DNA of 44,362 bases from the NCBI GenBank assembly GCA_016235455.1, contig JACRKZ010000006.1, forward strand, positions 1 to 44,362. Direction: 5' to 3'. Shown in pieces: positions 35,317-44,362 of the stretch (positions within the stretch are counted from its first letter, which is position 1; each line of letters starts with the position of its first letter). Position numbers and translations under genes: made by a program. Origin of the DNA: Armatimonadota bacterium. GTDB lineage: Bacteria > Armatimonadota > UBA10988. Below the pieces are notes generated by a model. It had not been told where the DNA came from and ran no database searches. It saw nothing but the letters and a program-made list of their open reading frames with translations.

Positions 35317-36353
35317 CGTTCGCGCAGGGCGGTTTGGATGGCGTCCGCCGCCTTGGGCATGTCGGCAGCGGTCACCATCAAGCTGGTGACCGCGCGGACC
35401 GTGTGCGGGCCGGTGGCCAACATGCGAACGCCAGCCTGGTCCAGCCGCGCGGCTAGTTCCTTGGCTGGCATGGCGGGCACGTCGAACGACACGATGTTGG
35501 TCTGCACCGAGCCAGGATCAAGTTCCACGCCAGGCAGACCGGCCAGGGCCTCAGCCAGCGTGCGCGCGTTGGCATGATCTTCAGCGAGGCGTGACCGCTG
35601 GTGCTCCAGTGCGTAGAGCGCCCCGGCGGCAAGGATCCCGGCTTGGCGCATGCCGCCACCCAGCATCTTGCGGAACCGCCGCGCGCGCAGAATGAACTCG
35701 CGCGACCCGCAGAGCGCCGAGCCAACTGGCGCGCCCAGGCCCTTGGAGAAACAGACACTCACCGAGTCGAAGTGCTCGGCGTAGTCACGCTCCTCGAGGC
35801 CGGTGGCCACCGCTGCATTCCACAGCCGGGCGCCGTCGAGATGGAGCCGCAGGCCGTGTTGGCGAGCCACGTCGGCCACCTCGCGGATGCGCGCCAGTGG
35901 CCAGATGGCGCCGCCGCCGCGATTGTGGGTATTCTCCAGACAGACCAGCTTGGTGGGCGGGAAGTGCTGGTCAGGCGGGCGCAGCGCGGCCTCGACGTCT
36001 GTCGCGGTGAAGACACCACGCAGGCCGTTCAGACAGCGACACGAGACGCCGGCCAGTGCCGCCGGGCCACCGGCTTCGTAGTAGGTGATGTGCGCATTGC
36101 CCTCAAGGAGGATTTCGTCACCGGGTTCCGTGTGCGTGCGGACGGCGATCTGGTTGGCCATCGTGCCGGACGGCGTGAAGACGGCCGCTTCCTTGCCCAG
36201 GAGCGCCGCAACGCGGGCCTCAAGGCGCTGGACGGTGGGGTCGTCACCGAAGACATCGTCCCCCACCTCGGCCCAGGCCATCGCCTCGCGCATCGCCCGC
36301 GTTGGCTGGGTGATGGTATCGCTACGCAGATCGATGGCTCGGCCGTGGCGCAT
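35313..36353 (-). CDS. ltaE: Low-specificity L-threonine aldolase (PLP)
   Basis: [63 protein letters not shown]. Confidence 0.93.
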   Translation of the reverse strand: MRHGRAIDLRSDTITQPTRAMREAMAWAEVGDDVFGDDPTVQRLEARVAALLGKEAAVFTPSGTMANQIAVRTHTEPGDEILLEGNAHITYYEAGGPAALAGVSCRCLNGLRGVFTATDVEAALRPPDQHFPPTKLVCLENTHNRGGGAIWPLARIREVADVARQHGLRLHLDGARLWNAAVATGLEERDYAEHFDSVSVCFSKGLGAPVGSALCGSREFILRARRFRKMLGGGMRQAGILAAGALYALEHQRSRLAEDHANARTLAEALAGLPGVELDPGSVQTNIVSFDVPAMPAKELAARLDQAGVRMLATGPHTVRAVTSLMVTAADMPKAADAIQTALRER

Positions 36354-36396
36354 GGCACGTGGCTCCCAGGTTGCTGCTGGCGGGGCCGTCCACCGG

Positions 36397-37527
36397 CTAC
36401 GTCGAGCCCGCCGCCGACAACAGCTTGTCCAGCGCCTCCACAAAGAAGTACTCGCCGAACATGCAGCTCCCACCCACACCCAGCCCCTTGTGCAGGTGGT
36501 AGATCTGCTTGGACAAGATGCCCTCAAAGCCGGGAGTCGAGCCGCCCAGATACGGTGCCTCCAGCAGCGGCTCGATCATGCGGAGCGCCGCGGCACGGTA
36601 GCGCGCGGCCTGCTCGGCGGAATCGGTCAGCGTGGCCAGCTGCAGCAGCCCCGTGGCGCCGATGGCGCTGCCCGAGGTGTCGATCGGGTTGCACTCGGCC
36701 GGGGCGTCGAAGTCGTACGGCGTCACGCCCGAGGCGGGCAGGTTGCGGATAAGGCTGTCGGCATTGCTCTCGGCCGCCTGCAGGTAGTCGGCCTCGCCGG
36801 TGTAGCTGTAGCTGGTGCCAAAACCATACAGCGACCAGGCCAGGCCGCGCACCCAGTTGCTGTCGCCGCGATAGCCCTGGTGGGTGGTCTGGCGCAGGAA
36901 CTCGCCGGTGTCCAGGTCGAACAGGCCCTCGTGGGCCGTGGAGCCGTCGCCGCGGACCAGATAACGGCGCGTGGTGGCGCAGTGCGCGTTGGCGCGGCGC
37001 AGCAGGTCGGCGTCATCGGTGTCCAGCGCGGCGCGGAAGACGATGCCCACGTTCATCATGATGTCGATGAACAGCGAGTCCTCGGACACGAAGCTGCGCA
37101 GGTACTGGCCCTTCTCCCGGAAGCGCAGGCCCATGGTCTGGCCGGCGGTGATCAGGATGTCGTGGATCCAGCGCTCGGGCTCCAGGGCGAACCAGCGGCC
37201 GAAGCTGCTGCCGAGCACGAAATTGAGGTCGTGCACATTGCGGTCGTGCTGCCGCTCGGCCAGGGGCCGCGTGTACTGCTCGGCCAACTGCCGCCAGCGC
37301 GAGTCGCCCGTGCGAGCAAAGAAGATCCACATCATGCCGGGCAGGAAGCCCTCGCACCAGTTGGTCCAGTTCTCGCCACTGTGGTTCCAGGTGCCATCGA
37401 CCGTGTACATCGGGTAAGCACCCGGCATGGTCTCGGTCAGGCGCAGCACCTGCTGCTGCGCGAAGGCAAAGGCCGCCTCCAACTTGGGGCTCAGCCGTTG
37501 CACGTCGGCGGTCCAGGCATCGGACAC
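36397..37527 (-). CDS. Glycoside hydrolase family 88 (unsaturated glucuronyl hydrolase-like)
   Basis: [27 protein letters not shown]...[29 protein letters not shown]; GTG start with GGAGG RBS. Confidence 0.9.
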   Translation of the reverse strand: MSDAWTADVQRLSPKLEAAFAFAQQQVLRLTETMPGAYPMYTVDGTWNHSGENWTNWCEGFLPGMMWIFFARTGDSRWRQLAEQYTRPLAERQHDRNVHDLNFVLGSSFGRWFALEPERWIHDILITAGQTMGLRFREKGQYLRSFVSEDSLFIDIMMNVGIVFRAALDTDDADLLRRANAHCATTRRYLVRGDGSTAHEGLFDLDTGEFLRQTTHQGYRGDSNWVRGLAWSLYGFGTSYSYTGEADYLQAAESNADSLIRNLPASGVTPYDFDAPAECNPIDTSGSAIGATGLLQLATLTDSAEQAARYRAAALRMIEPLLEAPYLGGSTPGFEGILSKQIYHLHKGLGVGGSCMFGEYFFVEALDKLLSAAGST

Positions 37528-37599
37528 GATGGATCCTCCTCTATCTCAGGACGGCGGAAGTCTATCACGGGGAGCTATTCTGTTGCCAGGAGCAGCACG

Positions 37600-38136
37600 G
37601 TGGACGTCGACTCGACTCGATTGATCCGGCCCACGCCCGACCTGGCGCACGACTTCCAAGCGCTGATCGACGAGTCCTTGGCGCTCGACGAGGTCTTCTA
37701 CCCTCGCCTGTTCGCCTTCCTGGGCCTGCCGTTGAGCGATGCCGCGCGCGCCATCGAGATGCTGCTGGACCTGGAGGACATTCCCGGCGACAGCCGGGTC
37801 GTGCCCAGCAGCACGCGCTGGCTCGTGGACGCATCGGACCGCATTCTGGGCGAATGCCGGGTGCGCCATCGGCTGACCGAGCGGCTGCTGCACCACGGCG
37901 GGCATATCGGCTACTACGTGCGGCCCAGCGCACGACGCCAGGGCCATGGCACGAGGATGCTGGCGCTGGCGCTCGACGAGGCGCGCGGGCTGGGCCTGCT
38001 GCGCGTGCTGGTCACCTGCGACAAGGTCAACCTGGGCTCGGCCGCCATCATCCGCGCCAACCACGGCGTGCTGGAGGACGAGCCCGTGTCACGCTTCACG
38101 CACCAGGTGATCCAGCGCTACTGGATCGCGGTCTGA
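37600..38136 (+). CDS. GNAT family N-acetyltransferase
   Basis: RVRHRL...GGHIGYYVRPSARRQGHGTRML...VLVTCDKVNLGS...RYWI; GTG start after AGGAG. Confidence 0.88.
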   Translation: MDVDSTRLIRPTPDLAHDFQALIDESLALDEVFYPRLFAFLGLPLSDAARAIEMLLDLEDIPGDSRVVPSSTRWLVDASDRILGECRVRHRLTERLLHHGGHIGYYVRPSARRQGHGTRMLALALDEARGLGLLRVLVTCDKVNLGSAAIIRANHGVLEDEPVSRFTHQVIQRYWIAV

Positions 38137-39216
38137 TCAGTTCTTCGCGGCGAAGAGCTGGATCTCGTCGATGAACACCTTGTTGGAGCCCGGCTGCTGA
38201 CCGTTGAGCACTTCCAGGTCGCCGATGACCAACTGCCCCACCTGATCCAGGTCGAGCCGGTTGTTGTCGTCGGCGCCATTGTCGCCGGTGACCAGGCGGA
38301 ACTCCTTGAGCGGCAGCGTGTAGGTCTTGAACTCCGGGCTGGCGGGTACGCCAATGACCGTGGAGTAGCGGCTCTGGTCGCGACCTTCGCGCGCCTCTTC
38401 TTGCAGCACGATGAAGAGCTGCGTGGCGCGCGTGGCCGAGAGCGTCACCAGCAGGTGCGTCGGGCCCTTGGCCGGCAGCGGGCCGAGCACGGAGAAGATG
38501 TAGTTACTGGTGCCCTCGGGCTTGTCGCCCTGGTACTGCCAGATCAGCGCACCGTCCTGCTTGTCCAGGCTCAGCGCGCCATCGAACGCCACCCAGGGCA
38601 CGAATCCACCGGCGAAGTTGTCCAGCACGAACGGCAACTGCCCGTCGGGCGAATAGGCGGTCAGGGCGCGCTCGCTGTCGATGCTCAGGTCGTCCAGCCA
38701 CAGGGTGCGCTCGCCGTCGGGCACCTTGATCTGCGGCATGACCTTGGTCACATCCATCACGCCGACCCAGTTCACCTGGTCCAGGTCCAGCATGCCGTTC
38801 TCGTCCTTGGTGTTGGGCGCCAGGCGGAAGCGGTCCAGGCTCAGGTCCGCGTCGGACCAGGTGTCGGCCGGGCTGGTCAGCAGCGATTGGTACTGGCTGC
38901 CGTCGTTCTCCTTGAAGGCCACGGCGATGACCACCGGCGCCGAGGTGCGCAGCCGGAACTTGATCGACTTGGCCTCGGCCAGGCGCGGCGCGACCAGCAC
39001 ACCGGCGCCACCCACCGGGTTCTGGGCGTCGATGGTGTACTTCGCTTCCAGGGCGGAGCCTTCGTGGGCGACCTTGGTCTGCACGGCCAACGGCGCGCCA
39101 TTGCCCACCTTGTCCCAGGTGGCCAGCCCGTTCTCAAACGAGTAGCTCACCAGTGGCGCGGCGGATCCCGCCGTCGCCATCATCGCCACACACCCCAGCG
39201 CCTGTTGCCAGCGCAT
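38137..39216 (-). CDS. Secreted protein with two tandem CBM11/CIA30-like galactose-binding-fold domains
   Basis: Signal peptide. Internal duplication: ...DENGMLDLDQV...LWLDDL versus ...DDNNRLDLDQV...VFIDEI. Confidence 0.72.
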   Translation of the reverse strand: MRWQQALGCVAMMATAGSAAPLVSYSFENGLATWDKVGNGAPLAVQTKVAHEGSALEAKYTIDAQNPVGGAGVLVAPRLAEAKSIKFRLRTSAPVVIAVAFKENDGSQYQSLLTSPADTWSDADLSLDRFRLAPNTKDENGMLDLDQVNWVGVMDVTKVMPQIKVPDGERTLWLDDLSIDSERALTAYSPDGQLPFVLDNFAGGFVPWVAFDGALSLDKQDGALIWQYQGDKPEGTSNYIFSVLGPLPAKGPTHLLVTLSATRATQLFIVLQEEAREGRDQSRYSTVIGVPASPEFKTYTLPLKEFRLVTGDNGADDNNRLDLDQVGQLVIGDLEVLNGQQPGSNKVFIDEIQLFAAKN

Positions 39217-39338
39217 GCCACCATCTCCCATCCCGTTACGGGTCTTACGTGGCAACCGACGCCTCCGCGGCCCCAGCGGTTCCCCCGCCACATTGGCGCA
39301 GGTCGTGGCATACTGGTTGTGGTGCAGGTGGAGTGACC

Positions 39339-40187
39339 ATGGAACAGCGACTCTTGGGCAAGACCGGAGCCAAGCTCTCGGTGGTGGGTTTCGGCGGGAT
39401 CCTCTGTACAGACACGACCCCCGAGGAGTCCAGCCGCATCGTGGCCGAGGCCATCGACGCGGGCATCACGTACGTCGACGTCGCGCCCAGCTATGGCAAC
39501 GCCGAGGAACGGCTCGGCCCGGCGCTGGAGCCGTATCGCGACAAGGTGTTCCTGGCCTGCAAGACGGGCCGGCGCGACAAGGCCGGCGCCAACGAGGAGT
39601 TGCACGCCTCCCTCCGGCGGCTGCGCACCGACCATTTCGACCTCTACCAGCTGCACGCGGTGACCACTACCCAGGACGTCGAGGCCATCTTCAAGCCCGG
39701 CGGCGCCATCGAGGCCTTTGTCGAGGCCAAGCAGGCTGGTCTGGTGCGACACCTGGGCTTCTCGGCGCACAGCGAGGAAGCGGTCGTTAGCTGCCTGGAG
39801 CGCTTCGCTTTTGACTCCGCGCTCTTCCCCACCAACTACCTGTGCGCCGAGCTCGGCGGGTTTGGCCACAAGGCCTTCGCCGCCATCCATCAGCGCGGCA
39901 TCGGGCACCTCGCGCTCAAGAGCCTGGGGCTGGGCCAGGTGGTCAAGGACGAGCCGCGCCGCTGGGGCAAGTGCTGGTACCAGCCGCTGGACGACCCGGC
40001 GCTGGTGGCCATCTCGCTGCGCTGGACGTTGAGCCAGGGCGTCACCGCAGCGCCCACGCCGGGCCATATGGAGTTGTTCCGAATGGCGGTCAAGGCCGCC
40101 GCGGGCGATCTGAGCGCGCCGAACGACGACGAACTGGCCCACTTGCGCGCGATGCTCGGTGACCGGCCGCCGGTTTTCCACGTCTAG
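39339..40187 (+). CDS. Aldo/keto reductase
   Basis: LGKTG...SVVGFGG, YVDVAPSYGNAEERLG, FLACKT, SLRRLRTDHFDLYQLH, LGFSAH. Confidence 0.92.
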   Translation: MEQRLLGKTGAKLSVVGFGGILCTDTTPEESSRIVAEAIDAGITYVDVAPSYGNAEERLGPALEPYRDKVFLACKTGRRDKAGANEELHASLRRLRTDHFDLYQLHAVTTTQDVEAIFKPGGAIEAFVEAKQAGLVRHLGFSAHSEEAVVSCLERFAFDSALFPTNYLCAELGGFGHKAFAAIHQRGIGHLALKSLGLGQVVKDEPRRWGKCWYQPLDDPALVAISLRWTLSQGVTAAPTPGHMELFRMAVKAAAGDLSAPNDDELAHLRAMLGDRPPVFHV

Positions 40188-40236
40188 CACCACGGCCCGC
40201 GCCCGACTGTCCAATGAGCAAGCGAGAACTGCCAAC

Positions 40237-40746
40237 TTGAACCCGCCGACCTCTGGTCTCACCGCCCAACTGCTGCCGTACCTGGGCGAGATCGCCTTGG
40301 TGCTGGCCCTGCTCACGCTGACCGCCCTGGTGCTGGCCTGGCGCAATGCCCGCGCGCTGGCCCAAGCCCGCGCTCGCTACCAGGCGCTGGTCGCCGGCGT
40401 GGCCGAGGGCGACTTGGAGCGCCTGCTCAACCAGCACCTCGAGCGCATCGAAACCGCGCGCCGCGAGGTGACCGCGCTCGACCGAGCCCTGGCCAACGTG
40501 GCCCGTCAGGCCGATAGCTGCTTGCAGCGCGTGGGTCTGGTACGCTACAACGCCTTCGGCGACGTCAGCGGCGAGGTCAGCTTCGCGCTGGCCCTGCTCA
40601 ACCTGCACGGCGATGGCGTGCTGCTCAACAGCATGTTCGCCCGTCAGGGCAGCAGTGTCTACGCCAAGCAGATCCGCGCCGGCCGCGCCGAAGTGCCGCT
40701 GTCGGACGAGGAGAGCGAGGCGCTGGCGGCCGCGCTGCGGCGGTGA
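40237..40746 (+). CDS. DUF4446 family membrane-anchored protein
   Basis: N-terminal TM, coiled coil, RVGLVRYNAFGDVSGEVSFALALL...GVLLNS...YAKQI...LSDEE. Start (TTG 40237) uncertain. Confidence 0.8.
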   Translation: MNPPTSGLTAQLLPYLGEIALVLALLTLTALVLAWRNARALAQARARYQALVAGVAEGDLERLLNQHLERIETARREVTALDRALANVARQADSCLQRVGLVRYNAFGDVSGEVSFALALLNLHGDGVLLNSMFARQGSSVYAKQIRAGRAEVPLSDEESEALAAALRR

Positions 40747-40834
40747 CGGCGGCGGCGGCGCGCGCGGCACGGCAGCGCGGCAAGGCAACGCTCGGATGCG
40801 TCGGCCGGGCTATTCCGCTGGGGGAGCGTGCAGC

Positions 40835-43800
40835 ATGTCAAACGCAGATCAGAGGCCGGGCCGCCTCGTGCCTGGCCTATACGAAGAGCTCATAACAGCC
40901 GCTCTCCTGCAGGAGCTCTCCGGACTGCCCGACCCGCCTCTGTACGAAGCGGCCGGCGTCGACATGGAAGCAGCCCACTCCGCGATGGCCCAGCACTTGG
41001 CGCAGTTGCTCGGCAGCGCGCTCACGCGCATCCGCGGGCCAGAGGCAAGCGCGCAACGACTGAGACTGGCAGACCGAGTGATTGCATCGCTCGCGGCGGA
41101 GCTTGGTCCCGATGCGCAGGTGGGTGCCGCGTTGGCCGAGCCGCTCAGGCAGCTCCTGAGCGTAGGCCGGCAGCCGTCGCTAACGGCTGGCGATCGGCCC
41201 GACACGCCACTGTCGCGATCAGCTCTGCTCACGGGCACCCGCCTGGATCCGTCTTTGGCCTCGCAGCTCAGCAAGGAGATCGCCTCGTCTGACCGGGTGG
41301 ACATCCTCTGCTCGTTCATCAAGTGGAGTGGGCTCAGGCTGCTGTTGGACGCGCTCAAGCAGCTCACCTCGTCCGGGTTGCCTGACGGGCCGCGCCTGCG
41401 CGTCATTTCGACAAGCTACATGGGTGCCACGGACCCCAAAGCCATCGAGTGGCTGAGTCGCCTGCCCAACACCCAGGTCAGGGTCTCCTATGACACTTCG
41501 CGCACGCGGCTGCACGCCAAGGCCTACCTCTGCCATCGGGAGACCGGGTTCGGCAGCACGTACGTGGGCTCGGCCAATCTGTCCAGGGCCGCGCTATCAG
41601 AGGGGCTGGAGTGGACGAGCAAGATCAGCCAGTACGAGTTGCCTCATCTATGGCGCAAGATCGAGGGCACTTTCGAGACCTATTGGAATGACGAGGAGTT
41701 CGAGGAGTTCACGGAGGCGAGCGGTACTCGGCTGCGCGAAGCCATACTCCGCGAACGCGAATCCGGCGGCGACACGGCGGGCCTGGCGCTGTTCGATCTG
41801 CGCCCATACCCCTATCAACAGGAGATCCTCGACGCAATTGCCACCGAGCGGGAGGTGCAAGGCAAGCGCCAGCACCTGGTCGTCGCAGCTACCGGCACCG
41901 GGAAGACAATGGTGGCAGCTTTCGACTATCGCCGCGCCGTTGCTGGCGGGCGACCTTCCCTGCTGTACGTCGCTCACCGCGAGGAGATCCTCTCGCAGGC
42001 CATCGGCACGTTCAGGGCTGTGCTGCGCGACCACAACTTCGGCGACCTCCTGTTTGGTGGGCGCGACCCAGAGCAGACCAAGCATCTCTTCTGCTCCATC
42101 CAGAGCTACAACAGCCGAGAGCTTTGGCGACTCGACCCAGAGCAGTACCAGTACATAGTGGTCGACGAGTTCCACCATGCCGCCGCACCAAGCTACAGTC
42201 GGTTGCTCGAGCACGTGAGGCCCGCCATCCTGCTCGGTCTGACTGCGACGCCCGAGCGCTGCGACGGCCTGGACGTGCTCGGCTGGTTCGGCGGCGAGGC
42301 AAGCGCCGAGATCCGGCTTCCCGATGCCATCGGCCGACGACTGCTCTGCCCCTTCCAGTACTTCGGCGTGTCCGACTGCGTAGACCTCGACAGCGTGCGC
42401 TGGCAGCGAGGTGGCTACCGTGCAGAGGACCTTGACGGGCTCTACACCGGCAACGACGTCCGCGCTGGCTTGGTGGTCGACAAGGTGATCGATGTGCTCA
42501 ACGACCCGGCGCAGGCCCGGGCCATCGGCTTCTGTGTCAGCGTCGCCCACGCCGAATACATGGCCAGGTTCTTCAACGAGCGCGGTCTGCCAGCCGTAGC
42601 GCTGTCAGCGCAGAGTCCCTCAGAGGAACGCCGCTCCGCGCGGGAGCGGTTGGTCCGCAGGGAGGTCAACTTCGTCTTCGTTGTCGACTTGTACAACGAG
42701 GGCGTTGATATCCCCGAGATCGATACGGTGCTGTTTCTACGACCGACCGAGAGCCTCACCGTCTTCCTCCAGCAGTTGGGCCGCGGCCTGCGGATGCACG
42801 CAGACAAGGAATGCCTGACGGTCCTAGACTTCATCGGCGCCCACCGCAGGGAATTCAGGTTCGCGGCCCGCTTCCGCGCGCTCAGCAACAGCCCTACTGC
42901 CAAACTGGACAGGGAGATCGAGGATGGCTTTCCCCATCTCCCATCTGGTTGCGCCATTCGGCTCGAACGCGTCGCCCAGCAGCGTGTTCTCAGCAACGTG
43001 CGGTCGACTCTGGCCTTGCGACGGTCGCGAGTGCTGAGCGAGCTTCGTGACCTGGCGCGATACCTTGGCCGCCCCCCGGCTATCCGTGAGGCCCTGGAGC
43101 ACCTTGACACGACGCTCGACGCGCTGCTCAGGAACGGCGCGTGGTCTCGGCTGCTCAGCGACGCAGGGCTGGGTCCTGCGCCCGAGGCGCCCGACGAGGA
43201 CCAGTTGGCAAGCGGCCTGCGACGCCTCGCACACATCGACGACCCCCAGCAGTTGCGCTTCCTGCTGCATCATCTATCCAGGCAGGAAGCTGCGCGGGGC
43301 GAGGACGCCATCGAACACACCAGGCTGGCGATGATGCATGTCACGCTGTGGGGCAGCATGGGCAGCTCGATGACGGTCGAAGAAGCCGAGCAACGCCTGC
43401 GTGAGAACGCATCGTTCGTGAGCGACATTCGGGCGCTGCTCGAGTACCGCCTCGCCCACACGCACACCCGGCCGCTGACGCTGGTGCCCGTCGCCGGGCC
43501 TTTGGCTGTGCACGCTCTCTATAGCCGCGATGAGATACTGGTCGGCTTGGGTCGGTGGTCCATGGATAAGCGACCAGACTTCCGCGAAGGGGTGTTGCAC
43601 CTGAAGGACGCGAAGGTCGACGCGCTGTTTGTGACGCTCCTGAAAGCCAAGACCGACTATTCACCCACAACCATGTACGAGGACTACGCGATCAGCGATA
43701 GGCTGTTCCATTGGCAGTCGCAGAGCACGACAGCCTCCTCGTCTGAAACCGGCCAGCGGTACATAAAGCACAAGAGCCTTGGCTACACGCCCCTGCTGTT

Positions 43801-43975
43801 CGTCCGCGAACGCAAATCGCTGCCCAGCGGACAGGCCTCGCCGTATGCCTTTCTAGGCGCTGCTGACTACGTTTCGCATACGGGCGACCGGCCAATGAGC
43901 ATCATCTGGCACCTGCAGACGCCCATGCCTGCCAGGCTGCTCCGCAGCACGTGCCATCAGATGGCCAGTGCGTAG
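40835..43975 (+). CDS. PLD-nuclease + SF2 helicase + DUF3427 protein (SauUSI-like type IV restriction enzyme candidate), 1046 aa
   Basis: SFIKWSG, LHAKAY...VGSANLS (PLD/HxK), ATGTGKT, VDEFHH, LTATPER, DLYNEGVDIP, QQLGRGLR, C-terminal YSPTTMYEDYAIS...FHWQSQS. Confidence 0.88.
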   Translation: MSNADQRPGRLVPGLYEELITAALLQELSGLPDPPLYEAAGVDMEAAHSAMAQHLAQLLGSALTRIRGPEASAQRLRLADRVIASLAAELGPDAQVGAALAEPLRQLLSVGRQPSLTAGDRPDTPLSRSALLTGTRLDPSLASQLSKEIASSDRVDILCSFIKWSGLRLLLDALKQLTSSGLPDGPRLRVISTSYMGATDPKAIEWLSRLPNTQVRVSYDTSRTRLHAKAYLCHRETGFGSTYVGSANLSRAALSEGLEWTSKISQYELPHLWRKIEGTFETYWNDEEFEEFTEASGTRLREAILRERESGGDTAGLALFDLRPYPYQQEILDAIATEREVQGKRQHLVVAATGTGKTMVAAFDYRRAVAGGRPSLLYVAHREEILSQAIGTFRAVLRDHNFGDLLFGGRDPEQTKHLFCSIQSYNSRELWRLDPEQYQYIVVDEFHHAAAPSYSRLLEHVRPAILLGLTATPERCDGLDVLGWFGGEASAEIRLPDAIGRRLLCPFQYFGVSDCVDLDSVRWQRGGYRAEDLDGLYTGNDVRAGLVVDKVIDVLNDPAQARAIGFCVSVAHAEYMARFFNERGLPAVALSAQSPSEERRSARERLVRREVNFVFVVDLYNEGVDIPEIDTVLFLRPTESLTVFLQQLGRGLRMHADKECLTVLDFIGAHRREFRFAARFRALSNSPTAKLDREIEDGFPHLPSGCAIRLERVAQQRVLSNVRSTLALRRSRVLSELRDLARYLGRPPAIREALEHLDTTLDALLRNGAWSRLLSDAGLGPAPEAPDEDQLASGLRRLAHIDDPQQLRFLLHHLSRQEAARGEDAIEHTRLAMMHVTLWGSMGSSMTVEEAEQRLRENASFVSDIRALLEYRLAHTHTRPLTLVPVAGPLAVHALYSRDEILVGLGRWSMDKRPDFREGVLHLKDAKVDALFVTLLKAKTDYSPTTMYEDYAISDRLFHWQSQSTTASSSETGQRYIKHKSLGYTPLLFVRERKSLPSGQASPYAFLGAADYVSHTGDRPMSIIWHLQTPMPARLLRSTCHQMASA

Positions 43976-43979
43976 GCGG

Positions 43980-44011
43980 GCCAACCGGCCATGCTCGCCT
44001 GGCCGGTTGGC
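43980..44011. terminator. GC-rich hairpin after the DUF3427 gene (possible terminator without a U-tract)
   Basis: Perfect 12-bp stem GCCAACCGGCCA / TGGCCGGTTGGC with an 8-nt loop, 4 nt after the stop. Confidence 0.45.
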
Positions 44012-44088
44012 AGCAACAGCAGCGGCGGCGCCAAGCTAGACCTGCCGCGTCGACACGCCAGGGGCGCCGCTGTTGCCCCACCCGCCCG

Positions 44089-44117
44089 TTGGCGATAGCC
44101 CGGCCCTGGCATACACT
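44089..44117 (+). promoter_or_regulatory. Sigma70-type promoter TTGGCG-N17-TACACT for hisH
   Basis: TTGGCG 44089-44094, TACACT 44112-44117, AGGAG RBS at 44128-44132. Confidence 0.55.
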
Positions 44118-44140
44118 ACCGACTCACAGGAGCCCAGGGC

Positions 44141-44362
44141 GTGGTTGCGATCATCGATTACGAAGCCGGCAACCTGACCAGTGTCGCCAACGCCGTTGCC
44201 TTCCTCGGCCATGAGGGCCGGGTGACCCAGGATCCCGCGGTGGTGGCGGCGGCCGATCGGGTCATCTTTCCAGGCCAGGGCGCCGCGGGCTCGGCCATGG
44301 CCAATCTGCGGCGGCTCGGCCTGGAGGCGCCGCTACGCGCGGCGGTGGCCGACGGACGGCCG
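44141..44362 (+). CDS. hisH: Imidazole glycerol phosphate synthase glutaminase subunit (partial, runs off the right edge)
   Basis: Not in the ORF track. Manual translation from GTG 44141: MVAIIDYEAGNLTSVANAVAFLG...ADRVIFPGQGAAGSAM...GRP. Confidence 0.9.
   Translation, partial: MVAIIDYEAGNLTSVANAVAFLGHEGRVTQDPAVVAAADRVIFPGQGAAGSAMANLRRLGLEAPLRAAVADGRP

Noticed and set aside
36085-37599. 683-aa ORF appearing as a long fusion to the GNAT domain
   Set aside because: The first 505 codons are antisense to ltaE and the GH88 gene; the GNAT gene has its own RBS and GTG at 37600.
40613-40834. N-terminal extension of the DUF3427 helicase
   Set aside because: Overlaps the DUF4446 gene and is low-complexity; ATG 40835 follows a GGGGAG RBS and precedes the family-like PGLYEELI start.
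40747-44088. Mobile element boundaries around the defence gene
   Set aside because: I found no terminal inverted repeats, target-site duplication, integrase or tRNA by eye.

Overview
A GC-rich bacterial chromosomal window with about 33 protein-coding genes. I found no rRNA, tRNA, CRISPR array or intact transposase. It mixes housekeeping genes (tatD-like, nadD, folD, ltaE, partial hisH), carbohydrate-utilisation genes (DUF1080 + Gfo/Idh/MocA, a large secreted GH101/GH129-like protein, RbsD/FucU, CE12-type SGNH esterase, DUF4832, GH88, tandem CBM11/CIA30-like protein), two hybrid histidine kinases and a PLD-nuclease/SF2-helicase/DUF3427 (SauUSI-like) defence gene. The most unusual element is a putative operon at 21740-29902: giant TPR solenoid, J-like protein without the HPD motif, GrpE-like protein, atypical Hsp70, and Zn-ribbon tail-anchored membrane protein. 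Its Hsp70 keeps the ATPase core but has lost the residues canonical DnaK uses to respond to J-domains (R167 equivalent, Y145/F146/N147/D148, VLLL linker), which suggests a private, co-evolved chaperone-derived machine. A second, lid-less orphan Hsp70 lies at 988-2643. Three distinct REP-like palindromes occupy intergenic regions, and FolD lacks its cyclohydrolase lysine. All family calls come from motif recognition by eye; no database search was run.
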